Of a stretch of 64,000 bases of DNA, positions 52,062 through 64,000 are shown piece by piece. The position numbers and the translations under genes are program-made. The notes under the pieces are model-generated. The model was not told where the DNA came from and ran no database searches. It was given only the letters and a program-made list of their open reading frames with translations. This stretch comes from Octopus sinensis (lineage: Eukaryota): contig NC_043005.1 of NCBI RefSeq assembly GCF_006345805.1, forward strand, positions 1,550,001-1,614,000, in the 5' to 3' direction. Numbering within the stretch: the stretch's first letter is position 1; every line of letters starts with the position of its first letter.

Positions 52062-53124
52062 TATCGGATAATAGGATTGAGAACACAACACCGTACCCGA
52101 ACAGAAGATGGGATGGTCAAGGCTGGAATATTTTTGATCATAAGTACTGTTCAAGGCTGACAACAATAATGGAAAAAGCCATACAGAGAGTGTATCCCTT
52201 ATTTTTGCAATGGGAGAGGGGGACTGAGCCTTTTTTTATGTCTCTTACGAACTTTTCAGCAAAAAATGCCAAGGCTAAGATTAAAGGTTTTAAGTGATAA
52301 TCAGTTTGAAATGATTTTCCAGAAGAAAAATGATTTTTTATGAAGCTTTTGCTGTTGTGGTAATCATTACACAAAACTCGTTTGAAGAGGTTAACTGATA
52401 GGAAGTGAGAGAGAAAATGTGACCCTCTACATAAATGGCAATAATATTTGTATATCTCAGGGAGCCACTGGACTAATTGGATGGTTCCATGAATATTTGG
52501 CAAACCAGTAGATGCTGTGATGTGGAATATTTCTGATGGTGTCAGGTCTACTTTGGTCATTTTCCATGAAGAACCACGACTGTTTTTGTCTCATACATTG
52601 ATTTCAGCAACATATTCTTAACTGCGATTAGACAGTCTTTTTTCAATTTTTTCTTTGTTAAAAGGTATTGAAATTACCTGACCAAATTGTATTCATGGAG
52701 GTAATTAGTTTTGTTGCAGGTAAACTTAGGAAAAAATATTCATTGTTATAAGCATACCGGATTATTTAATTCGAATGGATTCGGTTTGTTCCAGGAGGAT
52801 TATCTCATTTAAAGCTGGATAAACCAGGATATTTCTCCATTTACTTATTTTAACATTTCCAGACATTCAGTTCTTAACCATTTCCAGTGAATTTTTTGGT
52901 TAATGTTGAAGAATGGAAGGACAAGATTTCCAATTCAGCAACAAGCTCATAGAATCCAAATTAAAATGGCCAATGATAATATAGAAATTTATATATTTAT
53001 GTTTGTGAGTAAAAGTGTTTTGAGAATTGAAAACAGTTTTTGTTTTGACAATTCGTAACTGACAGACTTGAAGCAAAGGATTTAAAATTTGCCAGGAATC
53101 TATTTTTAATTTACTGAAAAGCAG

Positions 53125-54219
53125 AAAGTATCTGAGAGATGCAAAGACAATACCAGGGAAGTTGCAGCACAGGTTGGTGGTTGTTGACTTGGATAAGAGG
53201 AAAGTTAAAAAGTGTGTAAGAAAGGGAACGGTTAAGAGGAGAAAGGTGTGGAAACTGAAGGAAGAAGAAACAAGAGCAAGGTTTGAGGAGAGAGTTGGGG
53301 AGTTGGTAAGGGTTGATTCACTGGATTTGTGGAAGTCCTTTAAAGAAGGGGTACTAAAGGTGTGTGACGAAGTGTGTGAAAGGACGAAGGGTGGGAGAGA
53401 TCGAGGAGCTACGTGATGGTGGAATGAGGAGGTGAGGGATGAGATAGCAAGGAAGAAGGAGGTGCACAAAGCTTTCTGTAATAATAGGAGGGAGCAAATG
53501 AAAGCCTGGTATAATAAGATGGAGAATCGTGCAAAGGGGGTGGTTGCGAGATTTATGAGGAAGGAGGCTGAGGAGAGGTTGAGTGGGGTGGATGAGAAGC
53601 CAGAAAGGGTGTTTAGGTTTATTAAATCAATGGAAAAAGATGGAAGAGATGTTGAGGGAGGAAGATGCGTGTGGGGGGGGAGTGAGGGAAGGCTGAATTT
53701 TAGTGAGAAGAAGGACAGGGGAAGTGTTTGGAAGGAGCATATGGAGGGAATCATGAATGGGATCAGAGGGTGGGAGCTGCTGTGGTGAAGGGGTCAGTGG
53801 AGAGGGTTAGTCGGGAAGAAGTAGTGGAGGAAAAGAAAAGAGGAAAGGGCAGCTGGTCCATCAGAAGTAAGTGGAGAGATAGGGATTGTTGTGATGATGG
53901 AGCTCTGGCAGGGTGCGCTGGATGGAAGAGGAATGCCAGGGGACTGGGTACCAATTTTCAAGGGGAAGAGGTATGTGATGAGCTGTGGAGCATATAGAGA
54001 AGTTATTGGAGCATGAAATGAAGATGGTGGACAGGGTGTTGGAGAGGAGAATTCGGAAAGGGATGGATGTGGATGAGATGCAATTTGGTTTTATGCCAGG
54101 GAGGGGGACAATAGATGCAGAGTTCCTTGCAAGGAGATTGCAAGAGGAATACCGAGATGAGGAGGAGGAGTTGTACACGTGCTTTGTTGATCTGGAGAAG
54201 GCATTTGATAGGGTTCCTC
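53125..54219 (+). mobile_element. Purine-rich RTE LINE fragment (second family)
   Basis: QHRLVVVD, KVWKLKE, WWNEEV, QFGFMPGRGTIDA, FVDLEKAFDRVP. Confidence 0.85.
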
Positions 54220-54506
54220 CTGATGTGGCACCAGCGAATTTCCATTTCTTTCGACCTCTTTCAAATGCTATGTGTGGAGTTTCGTTCAATACTGATGCAG
54301 AATTGAGAGCTTGGTTGGATCAATTTTTGGAGTCGAAATCGGGTGATTTCTACCAAGGAGGTATTGAAAATCTTGTTGAACGTTGGGAAGAAGTTGTAAA
54401 CAACAAGGGTGAATACACTATTGATTAATTAGTTGTTATTTTTTATTAAACCTTTTAAAAAATTAAAATTTTAAAAAATGGCTGGAAGTTAGTTGCCAAC
54501 CCAAAT
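54217..54506 (+). mobile_element. mariner transposon 3' end with TIR
   Basis: PDVAPANFHFFRPL (YSPDLAPSDYHLF motif), GIENLVERWEEVVNNKGEY, terminal ttagttgccaacccaaata. Confidence 0.88.
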
Positions 54507-54540
54507 ACATGCATATACTTGTGTATTTGTGTCTGTGTTT

Positions 54541-55517
54541 GGGACAAGCTAGAGGTAGTGGATAGCTTCCATTATCAAGATGACCAAGTTAGTAGACGAG
54601 GTGGATGCTCCGAGAGTGTAGCTGTGAGAATAAGATTAGGCTGGACAAAGTTCAGAGGGCTTCTACCACTGTTGGCAACAAAGGGCCACTCCCTCAGAGT
54701 GAAAGGCAGATTTTTTGATGCCTGTGTGTGAATAGCTATGCTACACGGCAGTGAAACATGGGCTGTGACTGTTGAGGACATGTTTAGGATTGAAAGAAAG
54801 GAAGTTAGCATGCTTTGCTGGATGTGCATGTTCAACAAAGTGTAAGCATTTTGAGTGAAAAGTTTGGCATAAGAAGCATAAGATGTGGTGTGCAAGAGAG
54901 ACGACTGCACTGGTATGGTCATGTGATGCATATGGATGAGGACAGCTGTGTGAAAAAGTGTCACACCCTAGCAGTTGAGGGATTGAGGGAATCTGTGGAA
55001 GAGGTAGACCCAGAAAAACCTGGGATGAGGTGGTGAAGCATGATCTTTGAACTTCGAGCCTCACAGAGGCAATGACTAGTGACCAAGTCTTTTGGTGATG
55101 TGCCATGCTTGAAAGGACCCATCAAGCCAAGTGCACCCATGCTGGTGGCAAATAGAGAACAGTTTTTGAGCGTTGGGCTTCATGGGGGCAATGAACAAGA
55201 CCTTTGGCCTTATATTGTGCTTGAGAGGAAGACCCCATCAAGCTGAGTAAAATTGCAGTTATGGCAGATACCAGTGTCATGCAAACTGGCACCTGTGCCA
55301 GTGGTGCATAAAAGTACCCTAGTGTCAGGCAAATGGCACGTAAAAGCACCAATTACACTCTCAGAGTGGTTGGCATTAGGAAGGGCATCCAGATGTAGAA
55401 AACCATGCCAAATCAGACTGGAGTCTAGTGCAGCCTTCCAGCATTCCAGCCTGGTCAAACTGTCCAACCCATGCCAGCATGGGCAATGGACATTAAACAA
55501 TAATGATGATGATGATG
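54541..55517 (+). mobile_element. RTE LINE 3' portion with (GAT)n tail
   Basis: KLEVVDSF, MLHGSETWAVT, RRLHWYGHV, 3' UTR. Confidence 0.88.
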
Positions 55518-55950
55518 TACAAGGTGTTTTATTCTACAAGTTTTGAGAGTTTTTCAGGGGAGACATTTATTAATATAAAAAACTTTAGCTTCCTTCAAAC
55601 TAAGATCTTCCGAATCCAATCCCCTTTTAGCATTCCAACCACTTTGTGAAGGTCCCATGGAAGTGCTGCAAAGAGAAGGGGTTCAGGACCCTTGTCACAA
55701 CCTCCTTCATCTTCTCAATGTCTTCAAAATGACTGCCCTTTCATATTCTCCTTCAGTTTGGGGGAACAACCAAAAGCCAGAGGGAGCAAGAGAGGGTGAG
55801 ACAGTTTTGATTCCTCTCACTGTCAAGAAGTTGGTCCCCAGGATAGAATAGTGGACTGGTGCAGGTACTACTGATCCAAGTGGAAGCGATCTGGTCCTTT
55901 GCAATGAAATTTCTTCCTGAATTCCCTCAAAACTTTCACAAAGTATTCTT
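55518..55950 (-). mobile_element. mariner transposase remnant
   Basis: Minus-strand GIKTV-SPSLAPSGFWLFP motif. Confidence 0.65.
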
Positions 55951-55989
55951 TGTTGACTGTATGGCCAGATGTAACACAAAGACAATCAA

Positions 55990-58632
55990 GAACAAAAAAA
56001 AAGCCCCAGCACTAATTGCAAAGGTAATTAGCTTATATAATATTGGTATTGTTGCTCTAAGTGAAACCAGGCTTGCAGACACTGGTGAATTAGAAGTTAG
56101 AAGTGGCTTGACATTTTTTGGAGTAGAAAACCAGATGAACCAAGAATTCCTCATTTGTCATTAAATTGTCTCTACTTTGCAAGTTGCCATCCATCCCTCA
56201 AATTGTCTCATGGCATTTTACATACTCATTGGTGATTCCTCATCTATGCACATTACCTGCATGTGTGCCTACATTATCAGCATCCAAACAAGAACGTAAC
56301 ATTTTACTATTCTAAATTGCAGACAGTTGTCAGTAAAGTTCTGTATCATGACAGTGTCATATTGATGGGTGGAGGCGCAATGACCCAGTGGTTAGGGCAG
56401 CGGACTCGCGGTTTCGATTCCCAGACCGGGTATTGTGAGTGTTTATTGAGCGAAAACACCTAAAGCTCCACGAGGCTCCGGCAGGGATGGTGGTGATCCC
56501 TGCTGTACTCTTTCACCACAACTTTCTCTCACTCTTACTTCCTGTTTCTGTTGTACTTGTATTTCAAAGGGCTGGTCTTGTCACTCTCTGTGTCACGCTG
56601 AATATCCCCGAGAATTACGTTAAGGGTACACGTGTCTGTGGAGTGCTCAGCCACTTACACGTTAATTTCACGAGCAGGCTGTTCCGTTGATCGGATCAAC
56701 CGGAACCCTCGTCGTAACCGACAGAGTGCTTCCATCCATATTGATGGGGAATCTTAATGCCAGAAAAAGGTAATAAGCACACTGAGTGGTCAAATTTATA
56801 GAAACATACAGAGCGGGTGGGGGGGGGGAAGGTGAACGAGAGCTGTTTATGACTCTCTCTCTTTTTGTCAACAGTTCGGTCTAACAATCACAATCATGGT
56901 ATTTCACCAGGCAGGTACATATAAAACCATCTGGAAGCATCCCTGATCTGGTAACTGACACATGCTTGATTATATCATCACTAAGAGTAAAGACTGTTGT
57001 GATTTCAGATTGACCAGAGCTCAGAAAACACTGCTCGCAATAAGACATTTGTTAAACCATATACAAAATGGCCACTGAAATGCAGCATACTTCAGAGAAT
57101 AAGTGTGTCTTCTTTAAAAAAGCCAGAAATGACAAAAAATTTCGAAATGCATCTAAATTCAAAGCTTGAGAACATAGCAATGATCATGAAGTTTTGCTGT
57201 ATAATATTCACCACAGCATCAAATCCTCTGCTGAAAAAGTTCTGAGATTCATCAAATGCAAACATCAAGATTGGTTCGATGAGAATGATTCACAAATCAA
57301 ATCTCTCCTAGATACTATGTACAAAAGACACAAGGCATGGATCTCAATCAAAAACTCACCATTCCTCAGATCCTCTAAGAAACTACTCTGAAAACTCCTC
57401 TAAGAAAACTACTCTGAAAAAAATTGAACAAGATGAAAAATTCTTGGTAAACAAATAAAACCCAAGAACTGGAAATGGATGCTAACTCTTACAACTTGAG
57501 AGCATTGTATGACAATCTGAAAGGTGTTTTTGGTCCCCCCCAAAAAAGGGTGGTAGCGAAGATGAGATTCTGAAAAAATGGACTGAACACTTTAAATCTG
57601 TATTAAATCAAGAATCCATCACTGATCGTGAAGTAATCAATGAAATGCTTAAGTAGCCTATAATTGCAGAACTTGTGGAAGATCCTTCCTTGGAAGAAAT
57701 ATGTATGGCTATTAAAAACTTTCCAATGCTAAAGCTCCGGATCAAGACGGTATTCCCAAAGAAGTGTACGAGCATGGAGGTAGACAACCTGTAAGCAAGC
57801 AAATTGATTTGTGAAATTTAATCTGTGAAACTGGATCTGTTTCCCAACAGTTCAAAGATGCATTTGTACAAGAACAAGGGGAAGAAGAGTTGAAAACAGG
57901 GGAATAAGCTTGTTGTGTATAGCTGGAAAGATTCTTTCGAGGGTGGTCCTTAACCGTATCAATAAGCATGTAATAAACAGCATATATCCTGAATCCCAAT
58001 GTGAATTTGGGGCTGGGAGCGTCACAAGTGACATGATTTTTGCTCTTTGGCAAGTTCAAGAGAAATCAGGTAAGCAAAATACTGACTTGTACCTGGTCTC
58101 TGTCGACTTGACCAAAGCCTTTGATGCAGTAAATTGTGAGGTACTCTGGAAAATTTTGTCAAAAGTTGGTCTTCTTGATCAAATGATAAGGCTAATAGTG
58201 TCCCTGTATAAAGAAATGATGGCAGCAGTGATTTCAAGTAGTCAGAGTTCAAAGGGATTTTCTGTTGCCACTGAAACCAAACAGGGATGTGTTTTAGCTT
58301 CTGTACTTTTTGCCATATTCTTCACAATGGTGTTCCAACATACTTTTATGGATTACCACAAAAATTTCAGTTTCCCACAGAAGTAGGTCTTCTCAGCCTA
58401 AATGAGGAATACTTCAGGTCGAAGGAAAAGAACAAGGAAGAAATTTCATGTGATGTTCTGCTGGCTGATGATTGTGCTTCAGTTTCTCATACATTTGAGG
58501 GAATTCATGAAACAGTCAAGAGGTTTGCTGTGGCAGCTTATACATTCGACTATCGGCATTAAAGAAACTGAAGTTTTATTCTGGCCAAGGCCTGGGGCAG
58601 GACATACTCAAGACTCGAAAGTGACGATACAC
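55990..58632 (+). mobile_element. Old RTE (BovB-like) LINE: APE endonuclease and RT, heavily decayed
   Basis: IVALSETRL, ILMGNLNAR, KHQDWFDEN, AGKILSRVVLNR, VDLTKAFD, KQGCVLA, LLADDC. Confidence 0.85.
56370..56736 (+). mobile_element. tRNA-derived SINE with 12-bp TSD, inserted in the RTE endonuclease
   Basis: A-box tgacccagtgg, B-box ggtttcgattccc; catattgatggg duplicated at 56358-56369 and 56737-56748. Confidence 0.9.
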
Positions 58633-58639
58633 ATGCTGC

Positions 58640-60400
58640 CTTCACACAGACACACACACACACACACACGTGCACACAGACACAGATACAGACACACATG
58701 CACATACAAACACATGCACACACACATGCACATACAAACACATGCACACACACATGCACACAAGTGCATTATACTCACACACACACATACGCACATACAC
58801 ATATACATAAACACATGCACACACACACACACCCATACATACGCACATGCATGCATACATACATACACACACATACACACATACACACATGCACATATAC
58901 ATACATACACACACACATACACGCATGCACACATACATACATACACACACACACATACATACATACACACACACACACTTCCACACATACACACATACAT
59001 ACATACACACATACACACACATACATACATACACACATACACATACACATATACACACACATACTTACATACACTCATACGGACATACATACACACAGAC
59101 ATACACACATACACACTTACACATACATACATACACACACACATACCTACACACACACTCGCATGCACGTGCACACACATGCATGCGCGCACGCAGACAT
59201 ACATGCATGCCTGTGGGGTCTGGCTTTATCTCGGGCGTACGTCTGGGCGAGTGCGTTGTGCCTGGGGATTCTCATGCGCCCGTCACCGCAAGAGTCTTTT
59301 CCATCATTCTTTCAGTTGCGAAGTGTGTCCTTGCATGCATATATATACACACATATAAACATATAAACACACATATAAACACACATATAATACCCCTACA
59401 TTTTGTACACACACGCACATACATACATACATACATTCACTCCCACGCATGTACACACACACATTTACATATATATATACAATACACGCACACAGACTTA
59501 CACACATACAAACACACACGAATTCACATACACACCGACACATATACATACACACAACATATACCTCCACGCACACGCACACATACACATACGTACACAC
59601 ATATAAGCACAGACACACACATACACACACCAAAACATGCGCACACATACGCACGCACACGCGCAAAAACAAACTCAACGCACATACATACACACGCACA
59701 CGCACACAAATGAACCCACACACACTTCCCATACGGCACACAACCATACATACACACACACATACATACATGCACACAATTATACATATACGCACATACA
59801 AGCACACACACACACACACGCACACATACACTTAGTTAAGCACAGTTACTCGCTATACACACAAAAAAATGCACACGTACACACACACATACTACAACAA
59901 AACACACACACGAGACATATACACGCACACACACATACCTCCCTGTTTCTGACCTGCCTTCCTGACTCACTAGGGTACCCCCACACCTCTCCTTTAATTC
60001 TACTGCTGCTTGCCACTAGCCATTGTCCACCATACACACACATACACACACACGCACACACTCTCACACACACCCATGTCATCTCGCACACCTTTTTTTA
60101 CCATTCCTTCTTTGATTCAGCTCTCTTGTTTTTAAAAACATTTTCCTCTTTTTTTACCACTTCCGTCTTTTCAGTATGTGACCTCGTGAAGACCACTTGC
60201 AATTTTTTTCTTCTGTCCTCCCACCTCGGGATCTTTCTTTCTCCTATGTTTCCGACGAAGAGCTCCGCTCGAAACGTCATACCCTCCTTCTTCCCTTCTT
60301 TCCTGAGTGTCCAATAATACTTTATTTGTTCCACATCCTCACGTTGTTGTCTTTTTGTTTTCTTGTTTGGATTAACTTTATATATATATATATATATATA
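58640..60400 (+). mobile_element. Long CA-rich tract plus Penelope-like 3' end
   Basis: Same architecture as 19870-20350: CA-rich tract, pyrimidine-rich segment, hammerhead-like motif, (TA)n. Confidence 0.65.
60246..60283 (+). ncRNA. Degenerate minimal hammerhead motif
   Basis: CCGACGA-a-gagc(tcc)gctc-GAAACGTC; core U>C and weak stem I. Confidence 0.5.
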
Positions 60401-60846
60401 TTCAATGAGTACATAGGGATAAATTATCCAGGTGGGTACCATACAAGCACCCAGTTATAATCCTCATTCAGATTAACCATATAGTAAGGATTATCTTGGG
60501 TTACATAGGGTGAGTAATCCTTCGGTTTGCTTCACAGTATTAGGAATATTTTCGGTAAATCCAAGACGATTACAATGAATACAGAGAATGCTGCATCTGC
60601 ATATCTTTATTACAGCATAACTGGCTTAGATATGACCGGCACGTGTTTCTGTTGCACACAGAATTAGCAGTTGCATCTGCATCCAGTGATTTTGATTATG
60701 TACCTTTCTTCCAATCATCTCTATGGACAAACCTTGAATGAAGGTGGAAACGCATGTAGCAATGCCTTAAAATATTTATAAATTCCATCCAAATATTATT
60801 ATTATTATTATCATTATTATTATCATTAATATTATTATTATTATTA

Positions 60847-61093
60847 CTTTTTTTTTTCTTCTTTCAAATTTGCTTCCATTTCTTGCCGAGTGTCTTCCCG
60901 ACTCCTAGGGCAAAGAAACTCATAGTATACATTGGTAGGCCATTAAACCAAACTCAGTAGTTCGTTAATTTTTTTTTTTTTTTTTTTTTTAAAGTTAAAT
61001 TAAAATACATGAGCAGCAACAGTTCTCACATCGACAATTCTCTTCTCAATACATGTGATATCGACAATGCTCTTCTCAATGCGTGTGATTTAT
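60847..61093 (-). mobile_element. Short retroposed insert flanked by a 53-bp direct repeat in (TTA)n
   Basis: 60794-60846 identical to 61094-61146; poly-T at the left edge. Confidence 0.65.
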
Positions 61094-61641
61094 TATTATT
61101 ATTATTATTATCATTATTATTATCATTAATATTATTATTATTATTATCATTATTATTATTATCATTATTATTATTATTATCATCATCACTATATTTATCC
61201 TACAGTATATCTGCACACCTCAGTACGGTCCCAAAAAACAGGTATCACCAGTTGGCATCATTAGGCTGTGGCTGGCATGGTAGGATAGGAGCTTTTATAT
61301 GCATATTCGAAACATTTTTAACCATAAATAAACTTAAAGGCATACTGGCATATCGTGGCTCTTCTAAATGGAGACCTTACCTATCATTGTGGTTTTGTGG
61401 TATGAAGCTAAACAGGCCTTGCTGTCCATTTAAGAAAACACACAGTAAATGACCCTCAAGCACTCGAGCAAACTGAGTCCTCAGCTAGTTCCCCTTGTCA
61501 AAAGTTTTGCAAGACATCAGCAGGCCTCAAGAGACACATTCATGTCCACAGAACATGATTCCCGCTTTATTTTACTGAACCCTCATTTGACATTCATAAT
61601 GAGAGAATCCATCATATCTATATATACATATATATATATAT

Positions 61642-61760
61642 ATTTATTATATAGAAGGAGCTTCTACAGGACTAGAACTGTTTCATTCAAGAGAAATCTT
61701 CAAGATTTCTCTTGAATGAAACAGTTCTAGTCCTGTAGAAGCTCCTTCTATATAATAAAT
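61642..61760. repeat. Perfect palindrome: 59-bp arms, 1-nt spacer
   Basis: 61642-61700 is the exact reverse complement of 61702-61760. Confidence 0.95.
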
Positions 61761-61841
61761 TAATTTTACTCTGCTATGTATTGAGTACCTTATTTACTGT
61801 GGTTAACCCCGAATCAACCCGGGACCTACACATACATATAT

Positions 61842-62010
<169 letters not shown>

Positions 62011-62111
62011 TATATATACATACATACACACACACATATATTGATAAAAATGGTAAGACACCAAAAGAATGAAAGAGACCTCAATATTATGTAAATAGAG
62101 GAATATATCTG

Positions 62112-62297
62112 TAAATGTAATATGTGACAATTATTCGGTAGCCATGTTAAAACTCTGAGTTTCAGATGCTGAGGTGGAAATCCACCTCATTTTCATAGCA
62201 TTTTTTCTAATGGCCAGATAACTGAAAAGATGGCGGCGTGGATTTCCACCTTGGTGTCTGAAACTCAGAGGCTACCGAATAATTGTCACATATTACA
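62112..62297. repeat. Imperfect inverted repeat with ~65-bp arms
   Basis: tgtaatatgtgacaattattcggtagcc..ctctgagtttcaga..ggtggaaatccac versus gtggatttccacc..tctgaaactcagag gctaccgaataattgtcacatattaca. Confidence 0.85.
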
Positions 62298-63030
62298 CAC
62301 ATATAGTTACATTATTAGTGTAAATACACAGAGAAAGGCATTAATGATTCAGACAAAATGCTGGGCAGCATTTCTTTTGGTACTTTACATTCTGAGTTCA
62401 AATCCCACAAATGCCCCTGATGTCAACTTTGTCTTTTATCTTTACGGGGTCAATAAAATAAAGTACTGGCCTGATGCCAAAATTTGAAACCATCGTAATT
62501 ATCATTATCATCATTATTATTATCATTGTAAAAACATACAAACACACACAAACACACGTAGTGTAAGTTATTCTTTTGAAGTGTTAATTAAAAAAAAAAC
62601 ATTATGGACAGACAAAATTTGCTAAACATCATTTGGTCTGATTGTCAAAACTCTGCTATGGATAATAGACATCAAAGTCATTGTATCCAATAATAATAGA
62701 GGGATATGTAGGTAATTAAACAGATTTAATCAGCTGATTTAAACAGTTGAATTGAAGTTGAATCTTAATGAATGAAATATTGTAAATTGCAGTTTAAATT
62801 ACTAACTTCAATTTGATGGAGGCATATTAATGAATGTATATGAGGCTGAGTAAAAAGTAAGCAACGTTTTGAAACATAGAATTCATCAAAATATATTTGA
62901 ACAATGTGGAAATTTTATTCCACAAAGTAAGTACAATTAGAATCAACACATTCTTGCCAACGAGTTACAAGTTTACATTATTTACAGTATTTACATTCAA
63001 CGGATATTTGTCCTCATCTTGTTTGTTGTT

Positions 63031-63077
63031 AACACAACGTTTCGGCTGATATACCCTCCAGCCTTCGTCAGGTGTCT
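63031..63077 (-). ncRNA. Minimal type I hammerhead ribozyme with intact core (Penelope pLTR-type)
   Basis: Minus strand gacac-CTGACGA-a-ggctg(10 nt)cagcc-GAAAC-GTT-gtgtt; palindromic ACGT stem III. Confidence 0.78.
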
Positions 63078-63139
63078 TGGGGAAATTTCGAACCTGGGTT
63101 CTCATTCCGAAGGTATTTTTCGATGTTATTATTATTGTT

Positions 63140-63210
63140 ATGTTGCCAGAGCCGCTAACTGGCTTCCATGCCGGTGGCACGTAAAAAGCACCATTCGAGC
63201 GTGATCGTTA
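63140..63210 (+). mobile_element. Isolated RTE 3'-UTR repeat unit
   Basis: gttgccagagccgctaactggcttccatgccggtggcacgtaaaaagcaccattcgagcgtgatc, homologous to 1245-1315. Confidence 0.75.
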
Positions 63211-63897
63211 TGTGGATGAAGCCTTTTTTTAGCTGGGGTGCCGGTATTTTTCCTTTCCTTACCCACTGTCTTTGGCACTTGACATTTTTATTTTTATAGA
63301 GAACCCATTTCTCATCACCAGTCCAAAAAAGGTTAATTCGTGAGATGTGATGGCAAAGAAGAGCACACATTCACTCTCTATGCACGATTAGGCTCAGAAA
63401 GTTTGTGAGGAACCCATTGACCCAATTTGCTGACTTTTCCGGTGGTATGCAGGTGTCAAAGAATGGTTGAATGACCAAATCCAAGCTTCTCTGATAATTT
63501 CTCAACAGTTACAATGGGATTTTGTTCCACCAGGATTTGCAGGATGTCCTTGTTGAGCTGTACAGATCTTCCAGGACAAGCCTTGTCTTCTAGGCTGTAG
63601 TTTCCGGCTCAGAATTTCTGGAACCACCATTGACACTGGCTTACACTTATTGCCTGATCCCCATATACTGTATTAACATTCCTTGCACTTTCTGTTTTGT
63701 TGTTACCTTTATTGAACTCATAAAGCAAAATATGCCAAATGTGCTCCATTATAGCCTTGGAAAGATAACTGTTAAAGTCAAACTGCACTCTTCAAAACTT
63801 GCACTAAGAATAAGGCCAAAGTGAAATTACTACCTGCTTTTATAGCAAGTTGACTTTTAGTTCATGCAATTAAAATTATTTATGGGCTGATCCAGTA
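63211..63897 (-). mobile_element. mariner transposase N-terminal remnant; the other end probably lies at ~62840-62965
   Basis: WTGDEKWVLYKN..RQWV motif on the minus strand. Confidence 0.82.
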
Positions 63898-64000
63898 TAT
63901 ATATACATACACACATATAAAATACATCAGTGGTAGCACCATTTGTGTCCAGGTGTGGCTCATCTGGAGCCTCCATGATGCTTATACCTGACATGGTTCA

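Noticed and set aside
52200-52520. Possible ancient DNA transposase remnant (AKIKG, GWFHE)
   Set aside because: Too decayed to support without a profile search; the Tc1-like traces at 16300-16800 are equally weak
56370-56430. tRNA gene
   Set aside because: No complete cloverleaf; it is a SINE head bounded by a TSD
58402-60317. His/Thr-rich and Cys/Val-rich ORFs
   Set aside because: Translations of CA/TG microsatellites; the same applies near 26790, 8856 and 45384

Overview
AT-rich, microsatellite-dense eukaryotic DNA. The repeat families suggest an Octopus/coleoid cephalopod genome (inferred from recall, no search run). No complete protein-coding gene is present. The window is dominated by a ~12.3 kb, highly homogeneous tandem array of ~187 x 66-bp units (30277-42620). 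The array is an in-situ expansion of the internal repeats of one RTE-LINE 3'-end element, which itself appears to sit inside the 3' end of a Dong/R4-like LINE. The giant ORFs in the track are a by-product: the monomer has no stop codon in any minus-strand frame. The rest is a mosaic of decayed RTE LINEs (one family with a PHD-like finger), Dong/R4 remnants, Neptune-type Penelope-like elements with minimal hammerhead ribozyme motifs, mariner/hAT/piggyBac/Tigger remnants, several SINE families and simple repeats. One candidate host exon encodes a signal-peptide-like sequence with a consensus splice donor (27098-27258). Most TE boundaries are approximate and read by eye.
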